Positions 29,985 to 39,237 of a stretch of DNA of 64,000 nt are shown piece after piece. Location: NCBI GenBank assembly GCA_963665325.3, contig OZ224045.1:2336001-2400000 (forward strand), written 5' to 3'. The notes beneath the pieces were generated by a model. It saw only the letters and a program-made list of their open reading frames with translations. It did no database searches and was not told the DNA's origin. Each line of letters starts with the position of its first letter. Position 1 is the first letter of the stretch. Origin of the DNA: Alphaproteobacteria bacterium. Its GTDB lineage: Bacteria > Pseudomonadota > Alphaproteobacteria > Bin95. The translations under genes and the position numbers were made by a program.

Positions 29985-30887
29985 ATGGAGAAACGCTGGG
30001 AGATACCGGAACCGGCGGATGTGCTCGAAGTCTCGACACGGGACGGAAGCATCGTCCATGTCCGCCGGCATGGCGCCCCGGACGGGCCGCGCCTGCTCGT
30101 GACCCACGGGAACGGTATGGCCGCGGATGCTTATTTCCCGTTCTGGGGCGGGCTGACGGACCGGTTCGAAGTCTTCGTCCACGACCTCCGCAACCACGGG
30201 TGGAACCGGGTGGGGCGTCTCGAAGATCATCGAATCGCCAATTTGATCGATGATGGCGGCAGGGTGGTGGAGGCGATCGAGAGGGAATTCTCGCGCAAGC
30301 CGCTCGTCGGCCTGTTCCATTCCCTGTCGGGATTGCTCGGTCTTCGGCAATCGATCGCGGGAGTCATTCGGTTCGACGCAATCGTGGCGTTCGACCTGCC
30401 GGTCGTGCCGCCGGGGCAATCCCGCGACGATATCGAAGGGGTCGGGACGCACCTGGCGCGGATGGCGCGCAAGCGGCGCAACGGCTATCCATCGTATGAG
30501 AGCTTTGTGCGGCGGCTGGCCAGGATGCCGGTGTTCAACCGGCTGCAGGCGAGAGACCTCGACCTCATCGCTCAAACGACGCTCAAAGGCCGCGCAGAAG
30601 GAGGCGTTGAGCTCAGGTGCCCGCCGGAATACGAAGCGCAGATGTTCGAGGAATACTACTCCTGGTCGAGCGGGACAGAGGCGAGGGACGCGCCCTGCCC
30701 GGTGAAGGCGATCTCGGCGGACCCAACAATTACCGGAACCTACCTTCCGGGAGAGAGGATGGAGGAGCTGGTTCACGTGGACTACGACTTCGTCCCGGAA
30801 ACTTCCCATCTGCACCAGATAGAAGCACCGAACCGGTGCCGCCGGGCGATGCTGGAGTTTCTCGACGAAATCGGTTTTCAGGGATGA
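29985..30887 (+). CDS. Alpha/beta hydrolase
   Basis: THGNG oxyanion loop, DLRNHG, GLFHSLSG nucleophile elbow, C-terminal TSH. Confidence 0.8.
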   Translation: MEKRWEIPEPADVLEVSTRDGSIVHVRRHGAPDGPRLLVTHGNGMAADAYFPFWGGLTDRFEVFVHDLRNHGWNRVGRLEDHRIANLIDDGGRVVEAIEREFSRKPLVGLFHSLSGLLGLRQSIAGVIRFDAIVAFDLPVVPPGQSRDDIEGVGTHLARMARKRRNGYPSYESFVRRLARMPVFNRLQARDLDLIAQTTLKGRAEGGVELRCPPEYEAQMFEEYYSWSSGTEARDAPCPVKAISADPTITGTYLPGERMEELVHVDYDFVPETSHLHQIEAPNRCRRAMLEFLDEIGFQG

Positions 30888-32911
30888 ACGGCGGTTCCTG
30901 CGGTCCTGGCGAATTCGTGCCCCGAATAGCAGGCCGCCGCGATGAGGCCCGGGGCGAGGCAATCGCCGACCCGCGTCACCGACAGAAGGCCGGCGTCCGG
31001 CCAGTCCTCCTTGCGGGCGGTCAGGTCTTCCCATAGCCGGTCATTCGGCAGGCGTGAGGTGACCGCGATCAGCGTGCCGCAATCGATGTGCCGTGCTTTG
31101 CCGGAATAGAAGCATTCGATCTGAAGCCTGTCGGCCGATAGCCCGGCAAGCCGCTGCAGCGGAACGATCTCGACCCCAAGCTCGATCTGCCGCTTTTGAA
31201 TGCGGTCTTGTTCCAGCGTGTTTTCCGACCACGGAGCGACAATGGGCGCCGGCGTCAGGAAAATTGTCTCGTGCCCGGCTCCCGCCACGAGCTCGGCCAG
31301 AACGCTTGCGATGTAGAACCTGTCGTCATCAAAGACGACAACGGGGCCCGGCGCCATTATCGCCCCGGTCCCGCCGGTCATCAGGTCGTCCGGGGTCAGC
31401 ACCCGCTTGCCGGCCAGGAACGGCAAAGGCGTCCTGTGTTCCCGGCCGACCCCGTCCGCGCGCCAGGACGCGCCGGTTGCCAGAACGACATGGGGAATCC
31501 CGTAGTCGAGGATGTCGGCGGCCGTCAGCTGGCTTTCGAGATACATCCGGACGTTCGGCAATTGTCGAAGCTGACCGAGTCGCCAGTCCCGCACGCGCGT
31601 CCAGGCCGCGAGGCCCGGAAGGCGGCTCTCGCGCGATACGCGGCCTCCCCATTCGGTCCCCGCCTCGGCGAGCGTGACCTCCGCGCCGCGCCGGGCGAGC
31701 GCGAGCCCGGCCTCCAGGCCCGCCGGGCCGCCGCCCACGACCAGATAGGGACCCTTGTCTTCGATCGCAGGGATGATTTCCGGGTGCCAGCCGCGCCGCC
31801 ATTCCTCGCCCATTGCCGGGTTCTGCGTGCAGCGTATCGGGACCCTCGTCCGGTCTCCCGCAACGCAGATATTGCAGCCGATGCATTCCCGGATGTCGTC
31901 GATGCGCCCGTCGCGAATCTTGTTGGGAAGAAACGGATCGGCAATCGAAGGCCGCGCAGCGCCGATGAAATCCAGCATGCCGCTTCCGATGACGCGCGCC
32001 ATGGTGTCGGGCGATGTATAGCGGCCCACGCCGACAACGGGTTTACTCGTCATGGATTTCACGAAGCTTATGTACGGCTCCTGAAACCCTTCCTCCGAAA
32101 ATCGCGATGTTTGGCTGTCGTTGGCCCAGTCGGCCAGGTTGACGTCCCAGAGATCGGGTTCCTCGGCGAGAGCCGCCACGATGTCGCGGCCTTCGCCGTC
32201 ATGCCTTATGCCATCGCCTCCCAACAGTTCGTCGACGGCCAGCCGGACTGCGATCCCGCATTTGTCGCCAACAGCTTCTTTCGTGTCAGCCAGAACCTCT
32301 CGAAAGAGGCGCAACCGGTTCTCGAACGAGCCGCCATATTCGTCGGTGCGATGGTTGTAGCGCTTCACCAGGAAGTGCTGAAGGAGCGTCAGATCGTGGC
32401 CGGCATAGACATAGGCGATGTCGAAGCCGATATCCCTTGCCAGCAGCGCCGCCTCCCGGTGCCAGCGGCGGAAGTCGGCGATGTCGGCCTTGTCCATGGC
32501 GCGCGCCTGCAAGGGGTCGTCGCTGTCCACGACGACGGCGGACGGCGCTATTGGCGGAACCCGGCTGTAGCGATTGTTGGAATGCAGCCCGTTATGGACG
32601 AGTTCGACAGCAGCAAGGCTCCCATGGGCGTGGATGGCGTCCACGGTCAGCCTCAAGGCCGACACGCCGGCCTCGTCCCATAGCCGCGCCTGGTTGGAGG
32701 GCGAGACGTCGGAAGTGGGATGGATTTCCGTCTCCTGGGTGGAGACAACGCCCCATCCGCCCTCGGCCTTGATGCCGCGGAGCGCGGCTTCGGACTGCGG
32801 GTAGCGATGGCCCATGCCGGTGCAGTGCGGCACCTGGTAGAAGCGGTTGGGCGCGGTAACCGGCCCGATGCGGACAGGCTCGAACAGGATGTCGTATCGG
32901 GGGTCCCGCAT
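30878..32911 (-). CDS. Trimethylamine/histamine dehydrogenase family Fe-S flavoprotein
   Basis: FYQVPHC (FMN-linking Cys), CIGCNIC-x11-C 4Fe-4S motif, GEEWRRGWHPE, GGGPAG. Confidence 0.88.
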   Translation of the reverse strand: MRDPRYDILFEPVRIGPVTAPNRFYQVPHCTGMGHRYPQSEAALRGIKAEGGWGVVSTQETEIHPTSDVSPSNQARLWDEAGVSALRLTVDAIHAHGSLAAVELVHNGLHSNNRYSRVPPIAPSAVVVDSDDPLQARAMDKADIADFRRWHREAALLARDIGFDIAYVYAGHDLTLLQHFLVKRYNHRTDEYGGSFENRLRLFREVLADTKEAVGDKCGIAVRLAVDELLGGDGIRHDGEGRDIVAALAEEPDLWDVNLADWANDSQTSRFSEEGFQEPYISFVKSMTSKPVVGVGRYTSPDTMARVIGSGMLDFIGAARPSIADPFLPNKIRDGRIDDIRECIGCNICVAGDRTRVPIRCTQNPAMGEEWRRGWHPEIIPAIEDKGPYLVVGGGPAGLEAGLALARRGAEVTLAEAGTEWGGRVSRESRLPGLAAWTRVRDWRLGQLRQLPNVRMYLESQLTAADILDYGIPHVVLATGASWRADGVGREHRTPLPFLAGKRVLTPDDLMTGGTGAIMAPGPVVVFDDDRFYIASVLAELVAGAGHETIFLTPAPIVAPWSENTLEQDRIQKRQIELGVEIVPLQRLAGLSADRLQIECFYSGKARHIDCGTLIAVTSRLPNDRLWEDLTARKEDWPDAGLLSVTRVGDCLAPGLIAAACYSGHEFARTAGTAVHP

Positions 32912-32949
32912 GTGCGATGCCCTTTCCGGTATGCCGCCCGTGTCCCGGC

Positions 32950-34002
32950 CTATCGGAATTGGGGCGCGATTTCTGCCGTGAAGCGCGACATCTGGTCCTT
33001 GACCTCTTCATGCGGCTTCAGGCCGTAGTTGAAGTAGAGCACGACCTCGTCGATGCCGGCTGCCTCCACCAGCTTGAGGTCGTCGCCAATCTGCGAAGGA
33101 GGCCCGATCAGCACCGAGCGGTTGGTGAGCTTGTCGGGCGACATTTCGCGCAGCAGTCGACAGATCTCGACAAAATAGCGGTAGCTCGGCGGCGCGGTCG
33201 CCGGGTCGCCCGGGAAGGCCGCCACCAGCGCGTCCTGGAAATAGCGCACCAGCGCCTCGCGGCCGCGCAGGTCCTCCTCCGGCGTATCGGCGATATGGAT
33301 GAAATAGGAGCAGACCGCCCGGCGCGGCGGGCGGGCATGTTCGTCTTCGCAGGTCCGGCGATAGATTTCGACCGCCTCCGCGAGCGAGCCGTAAACCATG
33401 GCGGCGGCGAAGGGCGCATAGACGACATGCCAGTCGCGCCGCGCGGCCAGTTCCATGCTGGGGCGGGAGAAACAGGCCACATGCGGCCTCAGCGGGCGTT
33501 GCGCCGGCTTCGGGCGCACGTCCACATTCTCGAAGCGCCAGAACCGTCCGTCATGGGAGAACGGGCCGGCTTCGGTCCAGGCGCGCCAGACGATGTCGAG
33601 CCCTTCGGCGAACGCCTCGGCCGAGTCCTCGAACGGGGCGCCGAAGGGGCTGTATTCAAGCCGGTCGTAGCCGCGCCCGGCGGCGAAATCGACCCGGCCG
33701 CCGGAGAGCAGGTCGAGCGTCGCCCAGTCTTCCGCCACCTGCAACGGATGGTGGACCGGCAGCAGAACGACCGCAGGCGCGAGCCGGATGCGCGAGGTGG
33801 CGCCGGCAAGCTGCGCCAGCAGCATGTGGGGGGAGGCGTTGACGCCCAGCAGGTTGAAATGATGCTCGCCGATCCAGGCGGAATCGAGGCCCACGGCTTC
33901 GGCGTGGAGCGCCTGTTCGAATATTTCCCGGATGAACGTCTCAGCCGAGCGCGTATTGCCGGGATAGCGGTTGTCGGAAAGGGTGAAGTAGCCGAATTTC
34001 AC
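32950..34002 (-). CDS. Luciferase-like (LLM class) flavin monooxygenase
   Basis: WIGEHHF, HPLQVAEDWATLDLLSGGR. Confidence 0.9.
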   Translation of the reverse strand: MKFGYFTLSDNRYPGNTRSAETFIREIFEQALHAEAVGLDSAWIGEHHFNLLGVNASPHMLLAQLAGATSRIRLAPAVVLLPVHHPLQVAEDWATLDLLSGGRVDFAAGRGYDRLEYSPFGAPFEDSAEAFAEGLDIVWRAWTEAGPFSHDGRFWRFENVDVRPKPAQRPLRPHVACFSRPSMELAARRDWHVVYAPFAAAMVYGSLAEAVEIYRRTCEDEHARPPRRAVCSYFIHIADTPEEDLRGREALVRYFQDALVAAFPGDPATAPPSYRYFVEICRLLREMSPDKLTNRSVLIGPPSQIGDDLKLVEAAGIDEVVLYFNYGLKPHEEVKDQMSRFTAEIAPQFR

Positions 34003-34008
34003 GGGAGG

Positions 34009-34908
34009 TCACGAAGGGCCGGTACGGGCCCGAATGAACGCTGTCGCTTCATCGATGCCGTCTTTCGCGCGGTCGAGCAGGCGGTCGAACCAGTGCCAGA
34101 CATGGATCATCTCGTCCGCCACGGAGAGCCGCACCTCAACGCCCGCGCGCCGGGCCGCCTCCGCCAGCGAAACCGAATCGTCCAGCAGCACTTCCTCGCT
34201 GCCGACCTGCACGAGCAGCGGCGGCAGGCCCTCGAGATCGGCATAAAGCGGCGAAGCCCAAGGGTGGCGGCGGTCCGTATCGGCGCCGAGATAGACGCTG
34301 GTCCAGCGTTCGATCTGGTTCTGCTTTACCATCGGGTCAGAGTCGGCCTTGGTCGCGTAGGAGCCGGCCTCCAACGTCATGTCCGTCCAGGGAGAGATGC
34401 AAAGGCCGCCGGCCGGCATGGCGAGCCCGTCATCGCGCGCCTTGACCAGCGTGGCGACGGTCAGGCCGCCGCCGGCCGAGTCGCCGCCGATAACCGCGCA
34501 GGCCGGGTCGATGCCGCTCTCCAGAAGGCCCTGCCAGGCGGCCGCGCCGTCCTCCACGGCGGCGGGGAAGGGATGCTCGGGCGCCAGTCGATAGTCCGCC
34601 GAGAAGGCGTGAACGCCAGCGCCCGCCGCCAGCGCCGCGACCATATGCCGATGCGAGCGCGTCGAGCCGAGCACGTAGCCGCCGCCGTGGAAGTAGAGCA
34701 GCGCCCGGGCCGCGTCGGCGCCCTCGGGCCGCAGCCACTCGCCGGGAACGCCGCCGAGCGAGCCCAGCTCGCAGGCAACGCCGTCCGGCAGCGGGAATAT
34801 CTCCACCGCGCGGTCGTATTCCTCGCGGAGATCGGCGATGGCGGCAGTCGCGCCGTCAGGCCGTTCGGCAAGTCTTAGCCTGAGTGCCGCGATCGAACGG
34901 TCTTTCAT
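34009..34908 (-). CDS. Esterase/lipase, HSL family
   Basis: HGGG, DYRLAPEHPFP, GDSAGG. Confidence 0.92.
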   Translation of the reverse strand: MKDRSIAALRLRLAERPDGATAAIADLREEYDRAVEIFPLPDGVACELGSLGGVPGEWLRPEGADAARALLYFHGGGYVLGSTRSHRHMVAALAAGAGVHAFSADYRLAPEHPFPAAVEDGAAAWQGLLESGIDPACAVIGGDSAGGGLTVATLVKARDDGLAMPAGGLCISPWTDMTLEAGSYATKADSDPMVKQNQIERWTSVYLGADTDRRHPWASPLYADLEGLPPLLVQVGSEEVLLDDSVSLAEAARRAGVEVRLSVADEMIHVWHWFDRLLDRAKDGIDEATAFIRARTGPS

Positions 34909-34929
34909 GGGATAGCTCCCTTCGGCCTG

Positions 34930-35187
34930 TCAGCCGCCTTCCAGCTTCGGGATGAAGAACACCTCGCCGCCCGACGGCACAGGCTGGAAATACGCGGTCT
35001 CGTGCATCATGCCGTCGATGGCGACGGTGGTTTCCTCCACCAGGCGCTCGCCCAGGCCGGGGAAGCGCTCATTCATTGCGCGGATGACATCGCGCAGGAG
35101 TTTCGCCTCGACCTCGAATTCGCGCACGCCTCCGGTGAAGGCGCGCGCGAACCCTTCGGTGAACCGGACCTGGACGGTCGGGCCCAC
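34930..35187 (-). CDS. MoaD/ThiS family sulfur-carrier protein
   Basis: Ubiquitin-like size; VAIDG; C-terminal FIPKLEGG. Start approximate. Confidence 0.85.
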   Translation of the reverse strand: MGPTVQVRFTEGFARAFTGGVREFEVEAKLLRDVIRAMNERFPGLGERLVEETTVAIDGMMHETAYFQPVPSGGEVFFIPKLEGG

Positions 35188-35203
35188 CGGGCCCGCTCCG
35201 GCC

Positions 35204-37486
35204 TCAGTCGTCCCCGTCCGCCCCGTTTGCATCGATGGCGGCGAGCAGTTTGGGCGGCGACATAGGCAGTTCGTGCATCCGCGTCCCGACCGCCCCGTCG
35301 ATGGCGTTGGCGATCGCGGCCATGGGCGGGCAGATATTCACCTCGCCCACGCCCTTGACGCCGTAGGGATGGCTCGGATTGGGGACTTCGACGAGCACCG
35401 CATCGATCATCGGCAGGTCGGACGCCACCGGCACCCGGTAATCAAGGAAGCCGGCATTCTCCAGCCGGCCCTTGTCGTCGTAGATATATTCCTCGTTGAG
35501 CGCCCAGCCGATGCCCTGCACCACGCCGCCCTGGATTTGGCCCTCGACATAGGACGGGTGGATCGCGCGGCCGACATCCTGGGCGGCGATGAAGCGCAGA
35601 ATCTGGACATGGCCGGTCTCGGGATCGACCTCGATATCGCAGAACTGGCTGGAGAAGCCGGGCGCCTGGGCGCCGGCATTGGTGGTGCCGGCCGCGCCGA
35701 TGGGGCCGCCCGTCAGCCCGCGCTTGGCCGCAAGCTCGCCGATGGTGAGCGGCTCGAAATCGCCGACATTGGCGCCTGCGGGATGCGCGGCGCCGTCCCG
35801 CCATTCCACGGCATCGACATCCACATCCCAGATCATCGCAGCGCGCTGGCGCAAATCGTCGATTACCTTGTTGCACGCTTGGTGGACGGCGATGCCGGTC
35901 GCGAAGGTCACGCGGCTGCCGCCGGTGACATGCGTGTAGCCGACCGAAGCCGTGTCCGAGACGACGCAGCGCACATTCTCGTAATCGACGCCGAAGGTCT
36001 CCGCCGCCATCAGCGCCATGCTGGCGCGCGACCCGCCGACATCGACACTGCCGCTGCCGACGATCACCGTGCCGTCATCGTTCACATGGACGGTGGCGCT
36101 CGATTCGCCGCCGCCATTGAACCAGAACCCGGAAGCGACGCCCCGGCCCTGGTTCGGCCCGATGGGCGTCTTGTAGTCCGGGTGGTCCATGAGCGCTTCG
36201 AGCGTCTCGACATAACCGTCATGGCTGAGCTTCGGCCCGTAGACCATCTGCGTGCCCTGGCGCGCCGCGTTCTTCAGGCGGAACGCCACCGGGTCCATCC
36301 CGACCTTCTTCGCCAGCATGTCGAGCACGCTCTCGACGCCGAAAGCCGAAATCGGCGAGCCGGGTGCGCGGTAGGCCGCCGCCTTCGGGCGGTTGCACAC
36401 AACATCGTAGCCGACCGTACGCGCGTTCTCGATGTCATAGGGGGCGAAGGCGCACATGCAGGCGTTCATCACCGGAGAGCCGGGGAAGGCGCCCGCCTGG
36501 AAGTTGAAGGTAGCGTCGGCGGCGGTGATCTTGCCGTCGTTCGTGACGCCGATCTTGACGGTCATGGACGCGCCGGAAGTCGGGCCGGTCGCCTTGAACA
36601 CCTCCTCGCGCGTCATCTGCATGCGCACCGGCTGGCTGCATTTCCGCGACAGGGCCGCGGCCAGCGGTTCCAGATAGACGATGGTCTTGCCGCCGAAGCC
36701 GCCGCCGATCTCCAGCGCCGTCGCGCGGATATTGCCGGGGCTGATGCCGAGCAGCTTGGCGGTCATGGCGCGGACCACGAAATGGCCCTGGCTCGACGAC
36801 CAGACTTCGCCATGCCCGTCGGCGTCGAAACGCGCCATGCAGGCATGCGTCTCGATATAGCCCTGGTGAACGGCTGCGGTCTTGAAGCTCTCCTCGACGA
36901 TATGGTCGGCCTTCGCAAAGCCGGCCTCGAGGTCGCCGATGCCGAACTCCAGCCGCTTCGAAATGTTGGAGGCCGTATCGGGCGCAGGCTCGACGCCGCG
37001 GGTAATCATGTCCTCGAACAGAAGTGGGGCGCCCGGCTTCATCGCCTCGTCGACATCGATCACATGCGCCAGCACCTCGTAGTCCACCTCGATGAGCGAG
37101 ACGGCTTCCTCGGCGACGGCCGCGCTCGCTGCGGCGACGGCGGCGACGGCGTGCCCCTCATAGAGCGCCTTCTCGCGCGCCATGACGTTGCGGGTGATGT
37201 GCCAGAAGTTCTGCGCGACCCGCTCCGGGCCGAGATAGGCGAAGTCATGGTCCGGGAGATCGGCGGAGGTGATCACGGCCTTGACGCCCGGCAGGGCCTC
37301 GGCCTTCGAGGTGTCGATGCTCCGGATGCGCGCATGGGCGTGCGGGCTGCGCAGCACCTTGCCGATCAGCTCGCCGGGGAGCCGATAATCGGCGCCGTAC
37401 TGGGCGCGGCCGGTGACTTTCGGCACGCCGTCCGGACGGACAGGGCGGGTGCCAACCCACTTGAACTCTTTCGTTTCGGCGCTCAT
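35204..37486 (-). CDS. Xanthine dehydrogenase/aldehyde oxidoreductase family molybdopterin-binding subunit
   Basis: KVTGRAQYGAD, HQGYIE, GGGFGGK, AYRAPG, GQIQGG, KGVGE. Confidence 0.92.
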   Translation of the reverse strand: MSAETKEFKWVGTRPVRPDGVPKVTGRAQYGADYRLPGELIGKVLRSPHAHARIRSIDTSKAEALPGVKAVITSADLPDHDFAYLGPERVAQNFWHITRNVMAREKALYEGHAVAAVAAASAAVAEEAVSLIEVDYEVLAHVIDVDEAMKPGAPLLFEDMITRGVEPAPDTASNISKRLEFGIGDLEAGFAKADHIVEESFKTAAVHQGYIETHACMARFDADGHGEVWSSSQGHFVVRAMTAKLLGISPGNIRATALEIGGGFGGKTIVYLEPLAAALSRKCSQPVRMQMTREEVFKATGPTSGASMTVKIGVTNDGKITAADATFNFQAGAFPGSPVMNACMCAFAPYDIENARTVGYDVVCNRPKAAAYRAPGSPISAFGVESVLDMLAKKVGMDPVAFRLKNAARQGTQMVYGPKLSHDGYVETLEALMDHPDYKTPIGPNQGRGVASGFWFNGGGESSATVHVNDDGTVIVGSGSVDVGGSRASMALMAAETFGVDYENVRCVVSDTASVGYTHVTGGSRVTFATGIAVHQACNKVIDDLRQRAAMIWDVDVDAVEWRDGAAHPAGANVGDFEPLTIGELAAKRGLTGGPIGAAGTTNAGAQAPGFSSQFCDIEVDPETGHVQILRFIAAQDVGRAIHPSYVEGQIQGGVVQGIGWALNEEYIYDDKGRLENAGFLDYRVPVASDLPMIDAVLVEVPNPSHPYGVKGVGEVNICPPMAAIANAIDGAVGTRMHELPMSPPKLLAAIDANGADGDD

Positions 37487-37650
37487 CCACAGGGTCTCCA
37501 GAATCGGGGCGGAACGATCGCGCCTATGCAAGCCCATCCCGCGCCCGCGCGCAAGTGCGGGTGCCCGGCCGCGGCCATAGGGACTTGCCCCGGCCGGCGG
37601 TTTCGGCAAGCTGGCGCGAGGTTGCGAATTTCTTGCATGACGGGAGGCAG

Positions 37651-38505
37651 GTGCGCTTGCAGATCGTTCCGTTGGATGCCGCGCTCGGCGCGGAGGTGTG
37701 CAAGCTCGGCGCTTCGCTTGCCGTGAGCGCGGCGGACGCCGATACGCTGCGCCGGGCGCTCGACGAGCATTTGGTGCTCGTAGCCCGTAACCAGCGGCTG
37801 GACGATCCGGCGCTGATAGCCTTTTCGCGCCTCTTCGGCGAGCTCGATCCGCCGGGGCCGAATCCCTATGGAGCCCCCTTCCTGCCCGAGTTCCCGGAAA
37901 TCAACGTCATCTCCAATGTGGTCGAGAGCGGCCGCCCCATCGGCAATCTGGGCGCGGGCGAAGCGGTCTGGCATGCGGACATGACCTACGTCGAGAAGCC
38001 GCCCAAGGCCGCCCTGCTCCATGCGCTGGAAGTACCCGACGGGCAGGGCGATACATATTTCGCCAACCAGTTCGCGGCATGGGATGCCCTTCCCGATGAA
38101 TTCAAGGCCCGGATCGAGCACCTGCGTTGCGTCCATGACAGCGCGCACAACAGTGCCGGCATGTTGCGGCGGGGCTACCGGGATACCGACGATGTTCGCG
38201 AGACGCCGGGCGCGCGCCAGCCGCTTGTGCGCACCGACCCGGCAACGGGCGGCCGCGCGCTGTTCCTCGGTCGGCGACCGCATGCCTGGGTTGTCGGGCT
38301 GGAGGTGGAGGAGAGCGACGCGCTGCTGGACCGACTCTGGGCCCATGCTTGCGCCTCGCGCTTCGTCTGGCGCCATCGCTGGCGGGCAGGCGACCTGCTG
38401 GTGTGGAACAATCTGGGCGTGCTGCACCGCCGCGACGCCTTCGACCCCGCTGTCCGGCGCATCATGCACCGCACCCAGATCAAGGGCGACCGGGAGATTG
38501 TGTGA
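37651..38505 (+). CDS. TauD/TfdA family Fe(II)/2OG dioxygenase
   Basis: WHAD, WNNLGVLHRR, RIMHRT. Confidence 0.9.
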   Translation: MRLQIVPLDAALGAEVCKLGASLAVSAADADTLRRALDEHLVLVARNQRLDDPALIAFSRLFGELDPPGPNPYGAPFLPEFPEINVISNVVESGRPIGNLGAGEAVWHADMTYVEKPPKAALLHALEVPDGQGDTYFANQFAAWDALPDEFKARIEHLRCVHDSAHNSAGMLRRGYRDTDDVRETPGARQPLVRTDPATGGRALFLGRRPHAWVVGLEVEESDALLDRLWAHACASRFVWRHRWRAGDLLVWNNLGVLHRRDAFDPAVRRIMHRTQIKGDREIV

Positions 38506-38526
38506 GGCTGCGATGGGCCGGGCGCC

Positions 38527-39219
38527 TTGAAACGGTTCTACGAGCAGGCGGAGGGTGTGGCGCTCGATTCCGGAGGTTATGGCGTAGCGCTGGACGGGCG
38601 CCGGGTGCGCACGCCGGCGGGCCGTCCGCTCATGTTGCCGACCCAGCAGCTGGCAACTGCGGTTGCGGGGGAATGGGCCGTCCAGGGCGAGACGGTGCAA
38701 CCCCGGACCATGGCGATGATGACGCTGGCGGCAACTGCGCTCGACCGTGTCGCCCCTCGTGCCGCGGAGGTCGCCGCCGAGGTCGCGCACTACGGGGAGA
38801 CCGACCTGCTTTGTTACTGCGATGCGGCCGGCAGGGAACTTGCCCGGCGCCAGAGCGCGGCGTGGCAGCCGGTGCTCGACTGGCTGGCCACTGCCCACGG
38901 GGTGCGTCTCAAGCCGGTCGAGGGCGTGATGCCGGCTGCGCAGGACGGGCCCGCGCTCGAAGCGCTCCGGCGCGCGGTGGACGCGTATGAGCCGTTCCGC
39001 CTGACGGCGCTCCATGCCGCCGTTACCGCCACCGGCTCGGCGGCATTGGGCATGGCGCTGCTCGACGGGCGGCTGAATGCCTGCCAGACATGGCGCTGTG
39101 CGCGCATCGACGACGCTTGGCAGGCGGAGCATTGGGGTGAAGACGACGAAGCGCGCAAACGAGGCGAAGCGTTGCGGGACGAACTCGCCGCTGCGGAGCG
39201 CTTCGCCGCGCTGCTCTAG
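38527..39219 (+). CDS. ATP12 family F1-ATPase assembly chaperone
   Basis: KRFY, LDGRRVRTP, ETDLLCY, WGEDDEA. Confidence 0.9.
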   Translation: MKRFYEQAEGVALDSGGYGVALDGRRVRTPAGRPLMLPTQQLATAVAGEWAVQGETVQPRTMAMMTLAATALDRVAPRAAEVAAEVAHYGETDLLCYCDAAGRELARRQSAAWQPVLDWLATAHGVRLKPVEGVMPAAQDGPALEALRRAVDAYEPFRLTALHAAVTATGSAALGMALLDGRLNACQTWRCARIDDAWQAEHWGEDDEARKRGEALRDELAAAERFAALL

Positions 39220-39237
39220 ACAAGGAGACCCGAGGCC

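Noticed and set aside
35204-37486. Aerobic CO dehydrogenase CoxL
   Set aside because: Active-site loop is AYRAPG, not AYxCSFR; no coxM or coxS adjacent.
34952-37726. 924-aa plus-strand ORF and similar long antisense ORFs (e.g. 8493-10214, 32917-34878, 44416-46164)
   Set aside because: Shadow ORFs opposite well-supported genes, expected in high-GC DNA.
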